Positions 26,153-38,865 of a stretch of 64,000 nt of DNA are shown here, in pieces. The stretch is from Octopus sinensis. Its lineage: Eukaryota. The stretch lies in NCBI RefSeq assembly GCF_006345805.1, contig NC_043001.1, positions 79,608,001-79,672,000 on the forward strand. The letters are read 5' to 3'. How positions within the stretch are numbered: position 1 is the first letter of the stretch; each line of letters opens with the position of its first letter. Below the pieces are notes generated by a model. The model did not search any database, was not told the origin of the DNA, and saw only the letters and a program-made list of their open reading frames with translations. A program made the translations under genes and the position numbers.

Positions 26153-29100
26153 TCTATGTTTGACTTTTGCTTTATATTTGTACAAGTTGGCTCCAAGTCT
26201 CACCCAGAGACCTCAAGAGACAACAGGGTTGGAAGTTCATGTTGTTGTTATGCCTAGTGTGCCATATATTTGGGGGGTGGGGATGTTGTACTAATGAATG
26301 TCTAAAAAAAAAAAGGGTTTTTTTTTTTTTTTTAAACCGAAAATTATGTTTGTTTAAACCTTGACATTACATAGAGAGTATTTTGCGTAGGATATGAGCA
26401 GTTCCCATGAGCACTATCTTTTGAACTTCTGCCATTTTTGGATTTCCTGATATCTGAGTTAGGTAGCTATCAGCCCCTTTTGCTATCATTCCCAGGGCAC
26501 CTATGACAACAGGTATTGTTTTAGTCTTCAGCTTCCACATTTTGCTGATTTCTATTTCAAGATTATATTTGCTCAGTTTTGGTAGGTCTTGACAGATACG
26601 TTTATATCGATTGGGACAGTCATATCAATGAGGAGGCATGTTCTTTGTTTGAAGTCTTTCAATATGATGTCTGGCCTATTTGCATCTATCTTCCTGTCAG
26701 TTTGAATGGTGAAGTTCCAGAGGAGTGAGATGTGGTCATTTTCAAGCACTGGGGGGGTTTGTGTTCCCACCAGTTTTTTTCATGGGGCAAATCCAGGTTT
26801 TTACAGATTACCCAGTGAATATATTGTGCAGCTCTATCGTGCCTGTTGATATACTCTGTAGGCGCTAGAAGACTGCACTTGGAGACCACATGGTCAATGG
26901 TTTCATTTTGTTGCTTGCATACACGACACGTTGGACTGCTTCTGATCTTTAATATGTTGGCCTGGTAGTTTCTTGTTGGTAGGCATTGATCTTGAGCTGC
27001 TATGATAAACCCCTCTGTTTCAGATTTTAAGCCAGAGGCCATTAGCCATTGATGGGTCAGGGCTTTGTCGATATCTGCATTATTCGCTCTCTTTGGGTAT
27101 TTGCCATAGAGAGGTTTTTCTTGCCATTTATTATTCAGAATATCTAAGGCCGCAGTTTTGGCACGGGTTTTCATGCGCCTAGCTTTTTCTGTGCTTGTTT
27201 CTTGTATATCTATCTCTAATTCCGAAATTGGTTGTATTCGGAATTCACTTAGATATTCCTTTGCCTGTTTTGTGACTGAGTATGATGCTTTCTTGTTTTC
27301 ATGTTTTGAGACAAGTTTTAACATCCAGTCCTCAGAGTTTTTCAGGTAGGTGTCTAGGCCAATTGTAGCAATCTTCATTGTTATTGCCAGTTGCAAAAGA
27401 CCACGGCCTCCCTCTTTTCTTGGCAGATAGAGTCGTTCTGTATCTGCCTTAGGGTGGTGCATTCTATGCATTGTCAACAGTTTCCTTATTTTTCTGTCGA
27501 GCTGACATATTTCAGTAATTGACCAGTTAACAATATTGAAACTGTAAGTCACGACTGGTATAGCTAATGCATTGATTGCTTCGATCCTGTTTCTTGCATT
27601 CAGCTCTGTCTTGAGTATTGCTCTCACTCTTCGATAGCATTCTCTCCTGATCCTTTCCTTCATCTCTGAATGCCTTATTCCGTTCCCTTCAATTACCCCT
27701 AGGTACTTGTAGCTCTCCGCTGGGTCTAGTTCTTTTATGACATTCTGTTGGTCAAGGTTAACGTTAGATGTTTCTGTCATTTTTCCTTTGATAAAGGTAG
27801 CCTTTGCACATTTATCGAGGCGAATTGCATTCTGATGTCGTCACTGAATTGTTTGACTATCGCTAGTAAGCCCTTGAGTTGTTGATCATTTTTTGCAAAA
27901 AGCTTTAAATCATCCATGTAAACGAGATGATTTATATTTTTATCAAACATTTTATACCCGTACTGTGCGTCATTGAGCAGCTTTGAGAGAGGTATTAAGG
28001 ATAAACAAAAGAGGAGTGGTGACAGTGAGTCACCCTGGAAAATGCCACACGAAATTTTTACATCACCAGCATTTAGGGATTCACTGTCACTGTTCAGAGT
28101 TAGTGTGGTTCTCCATGATCTCATACTTACAGTCAAGAAGTTTCGCAGAGTTGGTGCTATCTTATACATTTCAAGGCATTTCCTAATCCAGCTATGTGGT
28201 AGGCTATCAAAAGCCTTTTTATAGTCTATCCAGGCTATTGATAAGTTTTTGTGTCGTTTGTGACAATCTTCTAAGATCATCTTATTGATGAGTAGTTGGT
28301 CTTTACAGCCGTAGGATCCACGTTTACATCCTTTCTGTTCATTAGGGAATATGCTGCTGTCTGTTAAAAAAACTATAGGTATATTCCGTCAGGACAGATG
28401 TTAGTGTTTTGTACATAGTTGTTAAGCAGGTTATGGGTCTATAGTTTTTTGGTTCATTTGTTTCTTCACTTTTTGGAAGCAGGAATGTTAACCCATTAAC
28501 TAGCCAAGGAGGCATCCTACTAGGATGTTGCAAAACATCATTGTACAGTTCTGTTAGCAGTTCATGGCTCTCTGGGAAGGCATTCAGCCAGAAGTTAGGA
28601 ATTTTATCCTTTCCTGGAGACTTCCATTTGCTTGACCTCCTGAGAGCAGATCTTATATCTTCTACCTTGACACCCTCCCACTTTTGCTCTTCTAAGGGGT
28701 CCAGTTCTGTAGATATTCTGTCAATCCAGGGGGCCTTTTCGTTGTGTGTTTTTCTTCTGCCCAGATTTTATTCCAAAATCTCTGCACTTCTTCTTTTGAT
28801 GGTACAGACCCTGCAGTAAACGCTGTTTTTCCTATCTTCCTGTAAAAATTCTTGGTGTTATTTTTGAACATGTTGTTGTCCTTGAAAAATCTAACACGCT
28901 TTTCATACCTCACTATGCGGGCAGCTTTGGCAGATACCTTTTGTTTGATGGTTTCTATGGTGGCATCAATATCAAGTATAGTTTTCATATTGTATTTTTT
29001 CAGTAATTTTGGGTTTTTTTGTAGGTTTGGTAGTCTTGTGAGCCTTAAGGTTTTTCAAATATTCAATGTCAGATCTAAATATTTTAATTTGTTGTTGCAG

Positions 29101-30180
29101 ACGCTCTTGCCAAGAAGGCTTTTTGTGGGACTGTTGCCGTTTTCTAATCTTTACACCACATAGGATCGTTGAGATTTTCGCGGATGCATAGTATAGGTGG
29201 TTGAGGTTTGTGATATCAACATCATTAACTGAAATTATATCCTTAAGTGCAAGCCGGATTTTACCAATTATTTTCATGTTTGGTTAGAGTTGCGGATTTT
29301 AGGAAGTGTATCACGCTCATCCATGCTGGTTTCTTTAATTTTCAGCCATTCAATCATGATTTGACTTTTTAGCTCATGTAGTTCTGTTGGGTCAATATTT
29401 GTGTGACTTTCTTTATCTATTTGATGCTCATCTGTCTTAGTGTTTATGATTGGTTCAGGGCGTATTTCACTTTGCCTATCACTTATACTAACTCTTTCAA
29501 TCCTCTCTTCGTTTTTATCCGCCCTGGGCTGGTCTATAATCATTTCCTCTGTATTATCTTCTCTAGCTGCAGCTTCGTTCATTTTATCCGATATTGCTTG
29601 TCTAACCTGATCAATCTCTACTTCAGTCAGTAATTTCTTTTTTATAATGTTTCTTCTAACATTGGCAAGCTTGTTACTGTCTATGTTGGGTCTTACTTCA
29701 GGGTGTTTCTGTCTCCAGTTTAAGTATGCTTGTACAGTGCTAGACTTATCTGTGGGGAAATATATGGCATGGTAGAAGGCCTCAAGAACTTCTTTATTAT
29801 CTTCCCTAGGCCATTTTTCCTTCTTTTTCTTTTGATTATTTGGTGATGAGCATGGATGGCCATTTGTTGGAATATTCCGGTTGTGGGGTTCGTCCAGCTC
29901 CTGTGTGTTGGGAAGATTTGATCCAGTAACTGATTTTTCAATCAGGATTTGGTTCAATTTTCGGGTACGTGGTCTTTTGTAATCCGCGCAATGACCAATG
30001 CGGTTTATTGTTTGATTTGTTGACCTTGAAGCATGACGAGCATCCATTCTTATATTAGGAGATGGATCTGTCAGTTTAGGGTTCACTACATGTAAGCATT
30101 GCTCATAGCGCCGCTTCTTAAGACTAGCAGATCTATATTCGTCTGTATTTTTTTGTTGATAGTTTTATCTCCGGACATTT
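26152..30180 (-). mobile_element. Near full-length Dong/R4-clade non-LTR retrotransposon (RT, CCHC, RLE); one ORF interrupted by single-base indels
   Basis: N-terminal KWPREDNKEVLEAFY; RT motifs YRPITCL, IDYKKAFDSLPHSW, GIFQGDSLSPLLF, YMDDLKL, YKYLGV; CRVCKQQNETIDHVVSKC; NRPDIILKD. Stop at 26367-26369, then a 3' UTR running into (TAA)n. The 5' boundary is approximate. Confidence 0.93.
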
Positions 30181-31064
30181 TTTTTTTTTTTCCCTTTCCT
30201 CCTCTTCCTTTCTTCAAGGCTTACTGTGTCTGTATTAGTTCGAAATAATGAGAATAAAATACGGAGAAGGAAACGAAAAGAAAGGGAAAAAGACGGGATC
30301 TGTCAGTTATTATTGTTATTACTATCATCTTCACCACCATCACCATCATCATCTTCAATGACATTGTTTTATGTGTAGCCACAGCCACCATCAACACTCC
30401 ATTGTGTTGGAGAATGGGTGGTTAAAGAATTCATGTTCTTTGGGTCTATAAATAGCTACGGTAGATGGTGGAGACAAAGGACGTTAATGGTCAGTAAAAG
30501 ATCAAACCTGTTTACGTTTATTTATTTATTTTTTTTTATCCTTTCTCTTTTCTTCTTCACCACATGCATAGTATATGTATATATATGTATATTCACACAC
30601 ATATTATCTGATGTTTTCGTCGAAGATTTTTTTTTCTTTTTTAAATAACTTTCTGAGTTCAATGTTATGTATATATTTTTAAATTTCTGAATTCAGTTGT
30701 ATGTATATAGTAGTAGGTGCTTAATTCCATAACTTTTTTATCGTGCATTTAATTGTGTTGTTACAATAAAAGGTAATTTAAAAGTCAATTTTACACATTC
30801 TTATAGTCATGAGAGACGAATAAATGTAAATGTTCACACACAATTGGAGATATTTATGTTTCTAATTTTTCTTGTTAGGTGTAAGTTTGTATGCGCTGTA
30901 GATATGTAAGTTTTTTTTTTGACTTATTTTGAGGGTAATTCAAATTACTTACAGAAAACAGTAGATCTTCCAGTTTTCTACAGTTGACCTGCTGGGTTCG
31001 CTGTTGCCAGTTCAGAGCATCGTAAAAATACGTCCATCCTCTGTCACGTCCAGCCGCCTTCTGT

Positions 31065-31065
31065 C

Positions 31066-31157
<92 letters not shown>

Positions 31158-31204
31158 ATTATTATTATTATTATATTAATTATTATATTATTATTATTAT
31201 TATA

Positions 31205-31266
<62 letters not shown>

Positions 31267-31313
31267 ATTATTATTATTATTATTATTATAATTATTATTA
31301 TTATTATATTATA

Positions 31314-31352
<39 letters not shown>

Positions 31353-31412
31353 ATTATTATTTTATTATTATAATTATTATTATTATTATTTTATAATTAT
31401 TATTATTATTAT
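31065..31412. repeat. ~350-bp interrupted (ATT)n microsatellite
   Basis: Direct reading. Confidence 0.95.
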
Positions 31413-31637
31413 TCTGATTCGGCAGACACGCTAGCACGCCGAGCAAAATGCTTAGCAGCATTTCGTCTGTCTTTACGTTCTAAGATCAAAGACTTCCGGA
31501 GTCGACCTTGCCTTTCATCGAATCGTGTTCAATAAAATAAGTACCAGTTGATCACTGAGTTCGATAATCAACTTTCCCCCACCCCGACATTGCTGGACTT
31601 GTGCCAAAACTTAAAATCATTATTGTTATTGTGACTC

Positions 31638-32042
31638 TTAGTAGTAGTAGTAGTAGTAGTAGTAGTAGCAGCAGCAGTTGTAGTAGTAGTAGTAGTAGTG
31701 GTAGTGGTAGTGGTAGTAGTAGTAGTAGTAAGTAGTAGTAGTAGTAGTAGCAGTAGTAGTAGTAGCAACAGCAGCAGCAGTAGTATTAGTATTAGTAGTG
31801 GCAGCGGCAGCAGCAGTAGTAGTAGTGGTAGTAGTAGTAGCAGCAGCAGCGGTATTATTATCATTATTATTATTAGTAGTAGTAGTAGTAGTAGTAGCAG
31901 TAGTAGTAGTAGCAACAGCAGCAGCAGTAGTATTAGTATTAGTAGTGGCAGCGGCAGCAGCAGTAGTAGTAGTGGTAGTAGTAGCAGCAGCAGCAGCGGT
32001 ATTATTATCATTATTATTATTATTATTATTAGTAGTAGTAGT

Positions 32043-32073
<31 letters not shown>

Positions 32074-32074
32074 C

Positions 32075-32124
<50 letters not shown>

Positions 32125-32140
32125 TGTAATAGTAGTAGTT
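31638..32140. repeat. (TAG/CAG)n compound microsatellite with an internal ~144-bp duplicated block
   Basis: Block AGCAACAGCAGCAGCAGTAGTATTAGTATTAGTAGTGGCAGCGGC...GCGGTATTATTATCATT occurs twice. Confidence 0.9.
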
Positions 32141-32149
32141 CATATGACA

Positions 32150-32345
32150 AATGATGTTTTATGTACATAAAATCTCCAGGTTCGTTGTATTTAACCATGG
32201 TTTCATAATGGCTTCACAGTATGCCATGTAGGCCGCATATCTTTTGTATCTTTTCGGAGAAGCCTTTCACATGGGGTAGACAGACTGTGGACAGTTTATT
32301 GGTTTCATCCTCTCTATTCTTCATAATTGGTGTGGATCGTATGAT
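32150..32345 (-). mobile_element. Penelope-like element fragment
   Basis: 32225-32340 is the reverse complement of 34147-34260 (LPHVKGFSEKIQKICG). Confidence 0.7.
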
Positions 32346-32574
32346 TTGGGGTGAGTTGTTACTTAATAGATTGTGTGCTTATGTAGAAATGTGCGTGTGC
32401 ATGCATACGCATTGCTTATAGTTCACTCATATGCACTCAGTATGTCTATGTTTCTTGTGTAATCGATCTTTATGGTGGTAGTATGTAGTGACTTACGACA
32501 CAATGCATTTTTATCTCTTTATTTATTTACTTATTCGTTTAATTTTTCCCTTCGTCTCGGCAGGTTTTCAACAA

Positions 32575-32823
32575 ACTATACTGCAGTAGATAATATGAGA
32601 GACACTCTCATATTGGCTTTTGGTGCAAAATGAATCGCTGCCATCTCTAGCGGTCGAGCGCCCAGCATTGGTGAAAACAAGGAAGGTCGAAATCTTGTGA
32701 TCAGGTGATCTTGGCACTGGACATGGCGGTGATTTGTGTCACCGCTAGCGATATAAACAAAAGTGCATTTTACGCCAAATCTCAGTATTGGAGTTTCTCT
32801 CATGGTATTTATCGCAGTATAGT
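32575..32823. mobile_element. MITE-like element with long imperfect terminal inverted repeats
   Basis: ACTATACTGC...ATGAGAGACACTC pairs with GAGTTTCTCTCAT...GCAGTATAGT. A decayed second copy lies at about 32960-33370. Confidence 0.6.
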
Positions 32824-33377
32824 TGGATCTAACAGATCATCCACATTTAAGTGGGGATAAATATTACATGGTATTAATACTGCCTTTGTTGCTAATATAT
32901 ATTTTTTAACAAGCTCAAAGCCTATTCGCGACGCCAACGCCTTTTCTGGCACTGTTATTTTATATATTGCTGGCGGGAAAATGATTCAGTGCTATCTCTA
33001 ACGGTCGAGCGGCGTCCATCATTGACAAAACCAGGAAAGGTCGAAATCACGTAATTTGGTGGCTTGGGCGTTGGAGGTAACGGGGATTTATTTGCCCGTT
33101 AGCGATATAGACAATCAATAATATATCTCTGAGTTAGGTATAGGGCACAGGAAGTGTGCCAATAGCCAGCTGGAGGAGGTGCCCTCCTGGGGCTACAAGC
33201 TACAGTAGCATCCACCCTTAGCGGTTAGCCACATTTAAGTGGCAAATATACTTCACGATATAGAGAAGAATATATTTTGCAGCAAAAGCTAATATGAATG
33301 TTTTTCTCACAGTAACTACCGCAGTATAGTTTGTTCTAAAAGAACATCCACGTGGCGATAAATATTACCGGAAAAAA

Positions 33378-33660
33378 TGGTTCGGAGTCTGGAATAAAGT
33401 AAAAAGAAAGGCTTATTCTTGCTGCACAAGACTGCTGTCTAAACACAAGCAACTACAGAAATATAATGACAATATTACATAGATGCTTATATTAAATGCA
33501 GAGGATACAACCAATGCAACGAGGTAGTTAAATCCATCATCTCAGGTAACACGGTCCAACACATCTTTTACGGCTAAAATACAATATCAATCAACAACTG
33601 CGCTCGATGTGTTCAACTACACCACACCCTTCAAAACTGATATACTTGTGCACAAATTAG
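33378..33660 (+). mobile_element. Decayed Dong/R4-like C-terminal fragment
   Basis: GLILAAQDCCLNTSNYRNI resembles EGFIIAAQDQCLPTRNYQANI. Confidence 0.6.
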
Positions 33661-33875
33661 AAAGGATTTTTAGTTGCATTTTCCATGCTACTCCTGGTGA
33701 GTAGGTTGACTCGGGATCTGTGGTGCCCATTGGTGGTGGCTCCGGGAAATATTTCTGACAAAATGTTTTCTTGGTTGCTGTTGCCTTTTATTATTTATAC
33801 TGCTTTACGTTACACCCCACTCTCCTATGTAATGCCATAAATGATTTTGCGGTCGTGTTGGCCAAAACAGAAAGA

Positions 33876-34014
<139 letters not shown>

Positions 34015-34139
34015 TTGTTGTTGTTGTGGTCGTCGTCGTCGTCGTCATCATCATCATTTGATGAAAACTCAGCTTATGTTGCTGGGTATGATGGTGTCAG
34101 CTGTCTACAGCCCGCAGACTAAGGTCTTGCAGTTCGATG

Positions 34140-34536
34140 TAAGCATAGGATCCACTCCAATTATGAAGAGAGGGTAAAACCATAAACAGTCCACAGCCTG
34201 TCTACCCTATGTGAAAGGCTTCTCCGAAAAGATACAAAAGATATGCGGTCCATATGACATCAGGAATGTATTCAAGAGTAATACAACACTTCGCAAAATC
34301 TCTTTCGTGTAAAACCACTAATAGAAATGAATAAAACCTAAGATTTCGTGTACTCCATCCCATGCAGCTGTGATAAGTCATACAAAGGCGAAACATGCCG
34401 CCCCCTCATGGTAGAGGAACATCGCAAAGCTGTGACACAAGGAGATATTATTAAATCAGGTATTACTGATCATGTATGGAGAAATGGAGACCGCCTCCCC
34501 ATGTGGGATGAAGTTAAAATAATAGATAGAGAACAC
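34140..34536 (+). mobile_element. Penelope-like element fragment with GIY-YIG endonuclease
   Basis: LPYVKGFSEKIQKICGPYDIRNVFKS followed by VYSIPCSCDKSYKGETCRPL...EHRKAV...SGITDHVW...WDEVKIIDRE. Confidence 0.8.
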
Positions 34537-34649
34537 CAAGCCCCACAATTCACTCTGTTATTGCCCACGAGCATATGGCGTTGTGGTTCACAGCGTGGGC
34601 TTCTAACCCCAAGATTCCGTGTTCGGTTCGAGGCAATGACTTGAATAAT

Positions 34650-34858
34650 AATAATGTTTTTATTGCCCACAAGGGACTGAACATAGAAGGGACAAACAAG
34701 GACAGACAAACAGATTAAGTCGATTACATCGACTCCAGTGCGTAACTGGTACTTTATTTATCGATACCGAAAGGATGAAGGGGAAAGTCGACATCAGCGG
34801 AATTTGAACTCAGAACGCAGCAGCGGACGAAATAACTCAAAGCATTTCGCGCGGCTTG
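34650..34858 (-). mobile_element. SINE family B, full length
   Basis: Head AGCTGGCAGAAACGTTAGC, B box GAGTTCAAATTCC, tail CCCTTGTGGGCAATAAAA. Confidence 0.85.
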
Positions 34859-34927
34859 CTAACGTTTCTGCCAGCTAATAATAATATAATAATAATAATA
34901 ATTATAATAATAATAATAATAATAATA

Positions 34928-34958
<31 letters not shown>

Positions 34959-34984
34959 TTGTAATTATTATTATAATAACGAAA

Positions 34985-35160
34985 AATAATAACCAATGAG
35001 AACCCAGGTTCGAAAGTTCACGAAGACACCTGATGTAGGCTAGAGGGTATATCAGCTGAAACGCTGTGTTAACAACTAACAAGATGAGGACGAATATCCG
35101 TCAAATGTAAATTATGTAAATAATGTACATAATTCCTCATCTCTTAAATATAGAACTGTA
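34985..35160 (+). mobile_element. Copy of the 19340-19515 element with a degenerate HHR (35026-35069)
   Basis: ACAC-CTGATGT-A-GGCTA...CAGCT-GAAA-CG-C-T-GTGT; core is mutated. Confidence 0.7.
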
Positions 35161-35783
35161 ATATGTTCAGAGTTCAAATCCCACCGAGCTTAACCATGAC
35201 TTTTAAGATTTATAAGTCTCTGACATAAGTACTAGCTTTACGATTTCAGTAAGCATTATTATTATTATTGAGTGAGCGAGCAGAGCATGCCATCAAAGTG
35301 ACACTGGGGTAAAATATACGAAGCCCAGTATACCCATCATGACTACCCGTCCGATAAGGGCACACCAGGCACATGCATCACAACCATATGTGCACGACAT
35401 GGTGATCTCATATCAAGATAAACAGCACATGACCTTGCAGGTGGAGCCCAGTTAGAATTTTCTTCAGATCGAGTAACCCATCCCGCTCAAAAGGTCCCTG
35501 AATAAGGGCTGTCCAAGGACGTTGAACGAAACACCCATGTTTCCAGAGGTGAATTATTCAAACCCCAAAGAATCCCTCTCAACACATGGCTATGATGCTT
35601 CCCCACTTCTTCTGCTCGTGATCAGAGATGCACATATCGTCAGCCACTAAGGGACATGCTCAACTGGTTAAGGTTAAACAACTGACAAGCAAATCTATGG
35701 TATTGAGCAGAATATTTGCTGTAGCCCATCTTTTATACCAATTATTATTATTATTATTATTATTATTATCATTATTATTATTA

Positions 35784-35852
<69 letters not shown>

Positions 35853-35853
<1 letters not shown>

Positions 35854-37063
35854 TTCGACTTTTTGTGGAAGGGTCAGGTGCCACTGGTCAGGCGATCCAT
35901 CTGCTGTCAACGACTGCTGAACGGAGGCCTTGGAATGCCGTGGTTGCTGTTGCGCAGACATGCGCTCAGGCTGCGGCATCTCAGGCGCTTCCTAGACGGT
36001 GAACAGGTGTGGTCGTCTTTTGTCAGACGCGATTTTCCGCAGCTCGTCTCTTTGACGCAGCTGCAGACCTGGATCAAACGTAGACCGAGAAAGGGCGCTT
36101 GGCACCTCGAGTGCTGTCAAACCCTCTCCTGTCAATGCGATCGGTTACAGCTCCACTCTAGCGTTCTATAGAGGGTTAGTGGAGGAAAAATGCGACGACG
36201 TTCTCGGGGAAACTCTAGGCGTTGAAGACGACGAACTGAGCGGTCTGTTCGGGAGGACTTTCGGGCCGGGGCCGATGGATAATTTCCAGAGGTCGCTCGC
36301 CTGGCAGTGCTACCGAGGGGCTCTGCCTGTTCGAGACGAACTCTACCGGCACGGAAGTGCCGTCAGCCGGGCCTGCCCGAGGTGTTGCCAGGACGACGAA
36401 ACCGTTCTGCACGCACTCGTCCAGTGCCCGAGTATTGCTGAAATATGGGTTTATGTCGAACAGCTACTGTCATGTGTAGGACAGATCCGACTATCGGCTG
36501 AATCCATAGTGAAGATTGCCCCGCCGACCTCCTTTAACAAGGAGGGCGAGGCCGTTTTCTTATGCCTAGTGGCTGTGGCGAAAGAAGTTGTGTGGTGGAC
36601 TCGTTTGAAAGGGCTAAAGTCAGACACTTTCCTCTTTGGTCAAGGCCTCATCAACTTTTTCAAGTATCACTTGAAAAGGAAGATGAGGTTAGAGAGGAAA
36701 GTGCTGTCCGATAGCAAGTTTTATGAAAGGTGGGTGAATTGTGCGAGACTGGCCTGTATAAATGGACCAGTTCTCAGGTTTCGCCTGTAATTTCAAAAAG
36801 GTAATACAAAAGGAGAAAAAAGGGACTCTCTACACCCCTTTTTTGACCAGGCTCCCGTTGGCTTTTGTAGGGTTTTTTTCCACCAGGAACCTTTCGAAAC
36901 GTCTCCCCCTTTTGGGAGTTTTTCATTGTTGAATTTTTTAAATTGTTATAAAGATTTTTACTCGATGTTTTTCAAAAACGGACAAAACCCTTTGTAACCT
37001 TTCGTCCTGTTTTGTCCCTTTATGTAATCATGCGTGTCAGCCCTTGTGGCCAATAAAAAAGAA
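35853..37063 (+). mobile_element. 5'-truncated Tx1/L1-clade LINE (ORF2 C-terminus with zf-RVT-type cysteine motif and 3' UTR)
   Basis: FLWKGQ...GGLGMP; LAWQCYRGALPVRDEL...CPRCCQDDETVLHALVQC; stop at 36790; AATAAA at the 3' end; flanked by (ATT)n on both sides. Confidence 0.85.
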
Positions 37064-37519
37064 TTGATTATTATTATTATTATTTTCATCATCTTCATCA
37101 TCATACGCAAATAAACCACGCAGACAAATCAAGAGACTTAATAATTAAATACACTACGCTGCCGTCGATCCGATCAATGATGTTGAATCAATAATGTTAA
37201 ATCAATTCAGTTGTACAAATCTACTTGTAAACATTTACTTGTTAAATATTCTTGTGTTAAAACTTCGTTACAAATTTTTATGTAACATTTTAGATGGTGT
37301 GCGGTGAAATACTTAATGAACATCGGTCATATATAGTCAGAAGGGCATTCCCATCTGACTGTATATAAACAGAAGATTCTGTAGTTTACTGCTATGGCTT
37401 TTCGCAACCTGTGGGTAATCAGGATGGAATTGTTGAAATGAAGATGCTGAGAAACATATTCTCCTTGCATGAGTGTGCGTGCATTTGTGCGTGTCCGTGC
37501 GTGTGTATATATATTGTTT

Positions 37520-37607
<88 letters not shown>

Positions 37608-37636
37608 TATATATATATATAATATATATATATATA

Positions 37637-37711
<75 letters not shown>

Positions 37712-37744
37712 CATACATATATATAGATATATATATATATATAT

Positions 37745-37868
<124 letters not shown>

Positions 37869-38021
37869 GGTGCTCCAGAATGACAACGGCCGCATAACTG
37901 AAACGAGTAAAAGAGTAAAAGATTAAGAGTATGTTTTTGTATATTTATGTGTATATATATATAATATATATATATGTATGTATATATATATAAATGCATG
38001 TATATATATATATATATATAA

Positions 38022-38057
<36 letters not shown>

Positions 38058-38060
<3 letters not shown>

Positions 38061-38790
38061 TTCTCTCTTACCTGTCGGTGTTTGCCTTTCAAGTGCTGTG
38101 TTTTTACTGAGATCTCCCTTTTAGTAGAAAGAATAGCTATAACTCTTTGACTGCTATTTCTAAATTCGGTGTGTGGTGAGGCAATTCGTTGCTAAACCCT
38201 TAATTGCTTAGTATTACTTAAATTTTCCTCGAATGAGGCTTTTACATGCCGAAATCTACTTGGTGTAATTAATAATTATTCCAAATTAATTAATTTCACC
38301 CTTTATTGTTACTGATAACCATATTTTATCCCAGTAAATGACCACAGCATCTTGTCTTGGCTACACGCGGGTGGAAGGGGGCTGGTGACACAAACTTTCA
38401 TTCACACTTTGAATTTCGTGGTACTGGTAATGCTTTAGCTCGCTCTGACACTGAGTTGAGATGATGCCTTCTAGTATCTCAAAATTTAATATACAATTAT
38501 TCATAATTGTAGTATCCTACGCTGATGAGAAAAGAAGTTGGGTATGTAGAATTACCTAATTCTTATGCTTTCCTAAAACTTGATTTCGAAACGTACGTCC
38601 GTAGGTGACTTAAAATTGTATGATAGATTGCCGTCATTTCATTCTCTCTTACCTGTCTGTGTTTGCTTTCAAGTGCTGTGTTTTTACTGAGATCTCCCTT
38701 TTAGTAGAAAGAATAGCTATAACTCTTTGACTGCTATTTCTAAATTCGGTGTGTGGTGAGGCAATTCGTTGCTAAACCCTTAATTACTTA
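38058..38790 (+). mobile_element. ~1.25-unit (581-bp period) HHR-bearing element homologous to the 555-bp array unit
   Basis: 38058-38210 repeats at about 38639-38790. Collinear matches to the array unit: CTGCTATTTCTAA, TACTTGGTG.AATT, AATTAATTAATTT.ACCCT, CACGC.GGTGGAA.GGG. Flanked by (TA)n. Confidence 0.85.
38516..38605 (+). ncRNA. Type I hammerhead ribozyme, canonical core, GUC cleavage site
   Basis: CCTACG-CTGATGA-GAAA...TTTC-GAAA-CGTACG-T-C-CGTAGG. Helix I is 6 bp. Helix II is long (GAAA/TTTC, AAGTT/AACTT, AGAATT/AATTCT). Predicted cleavage after C38599. Confidence 0.88.
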
Positions 38791-38799
38791 CTATATATA

Positions 38800-38865
<66 letters not shown>

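Noticed and set aside
38225-38265. HHR-like CGAATGA-GGC...GCC-GAAA
   Set aside because: The core is not CUGANGA and there is no convincing helix I or III; at most a decayed relic.
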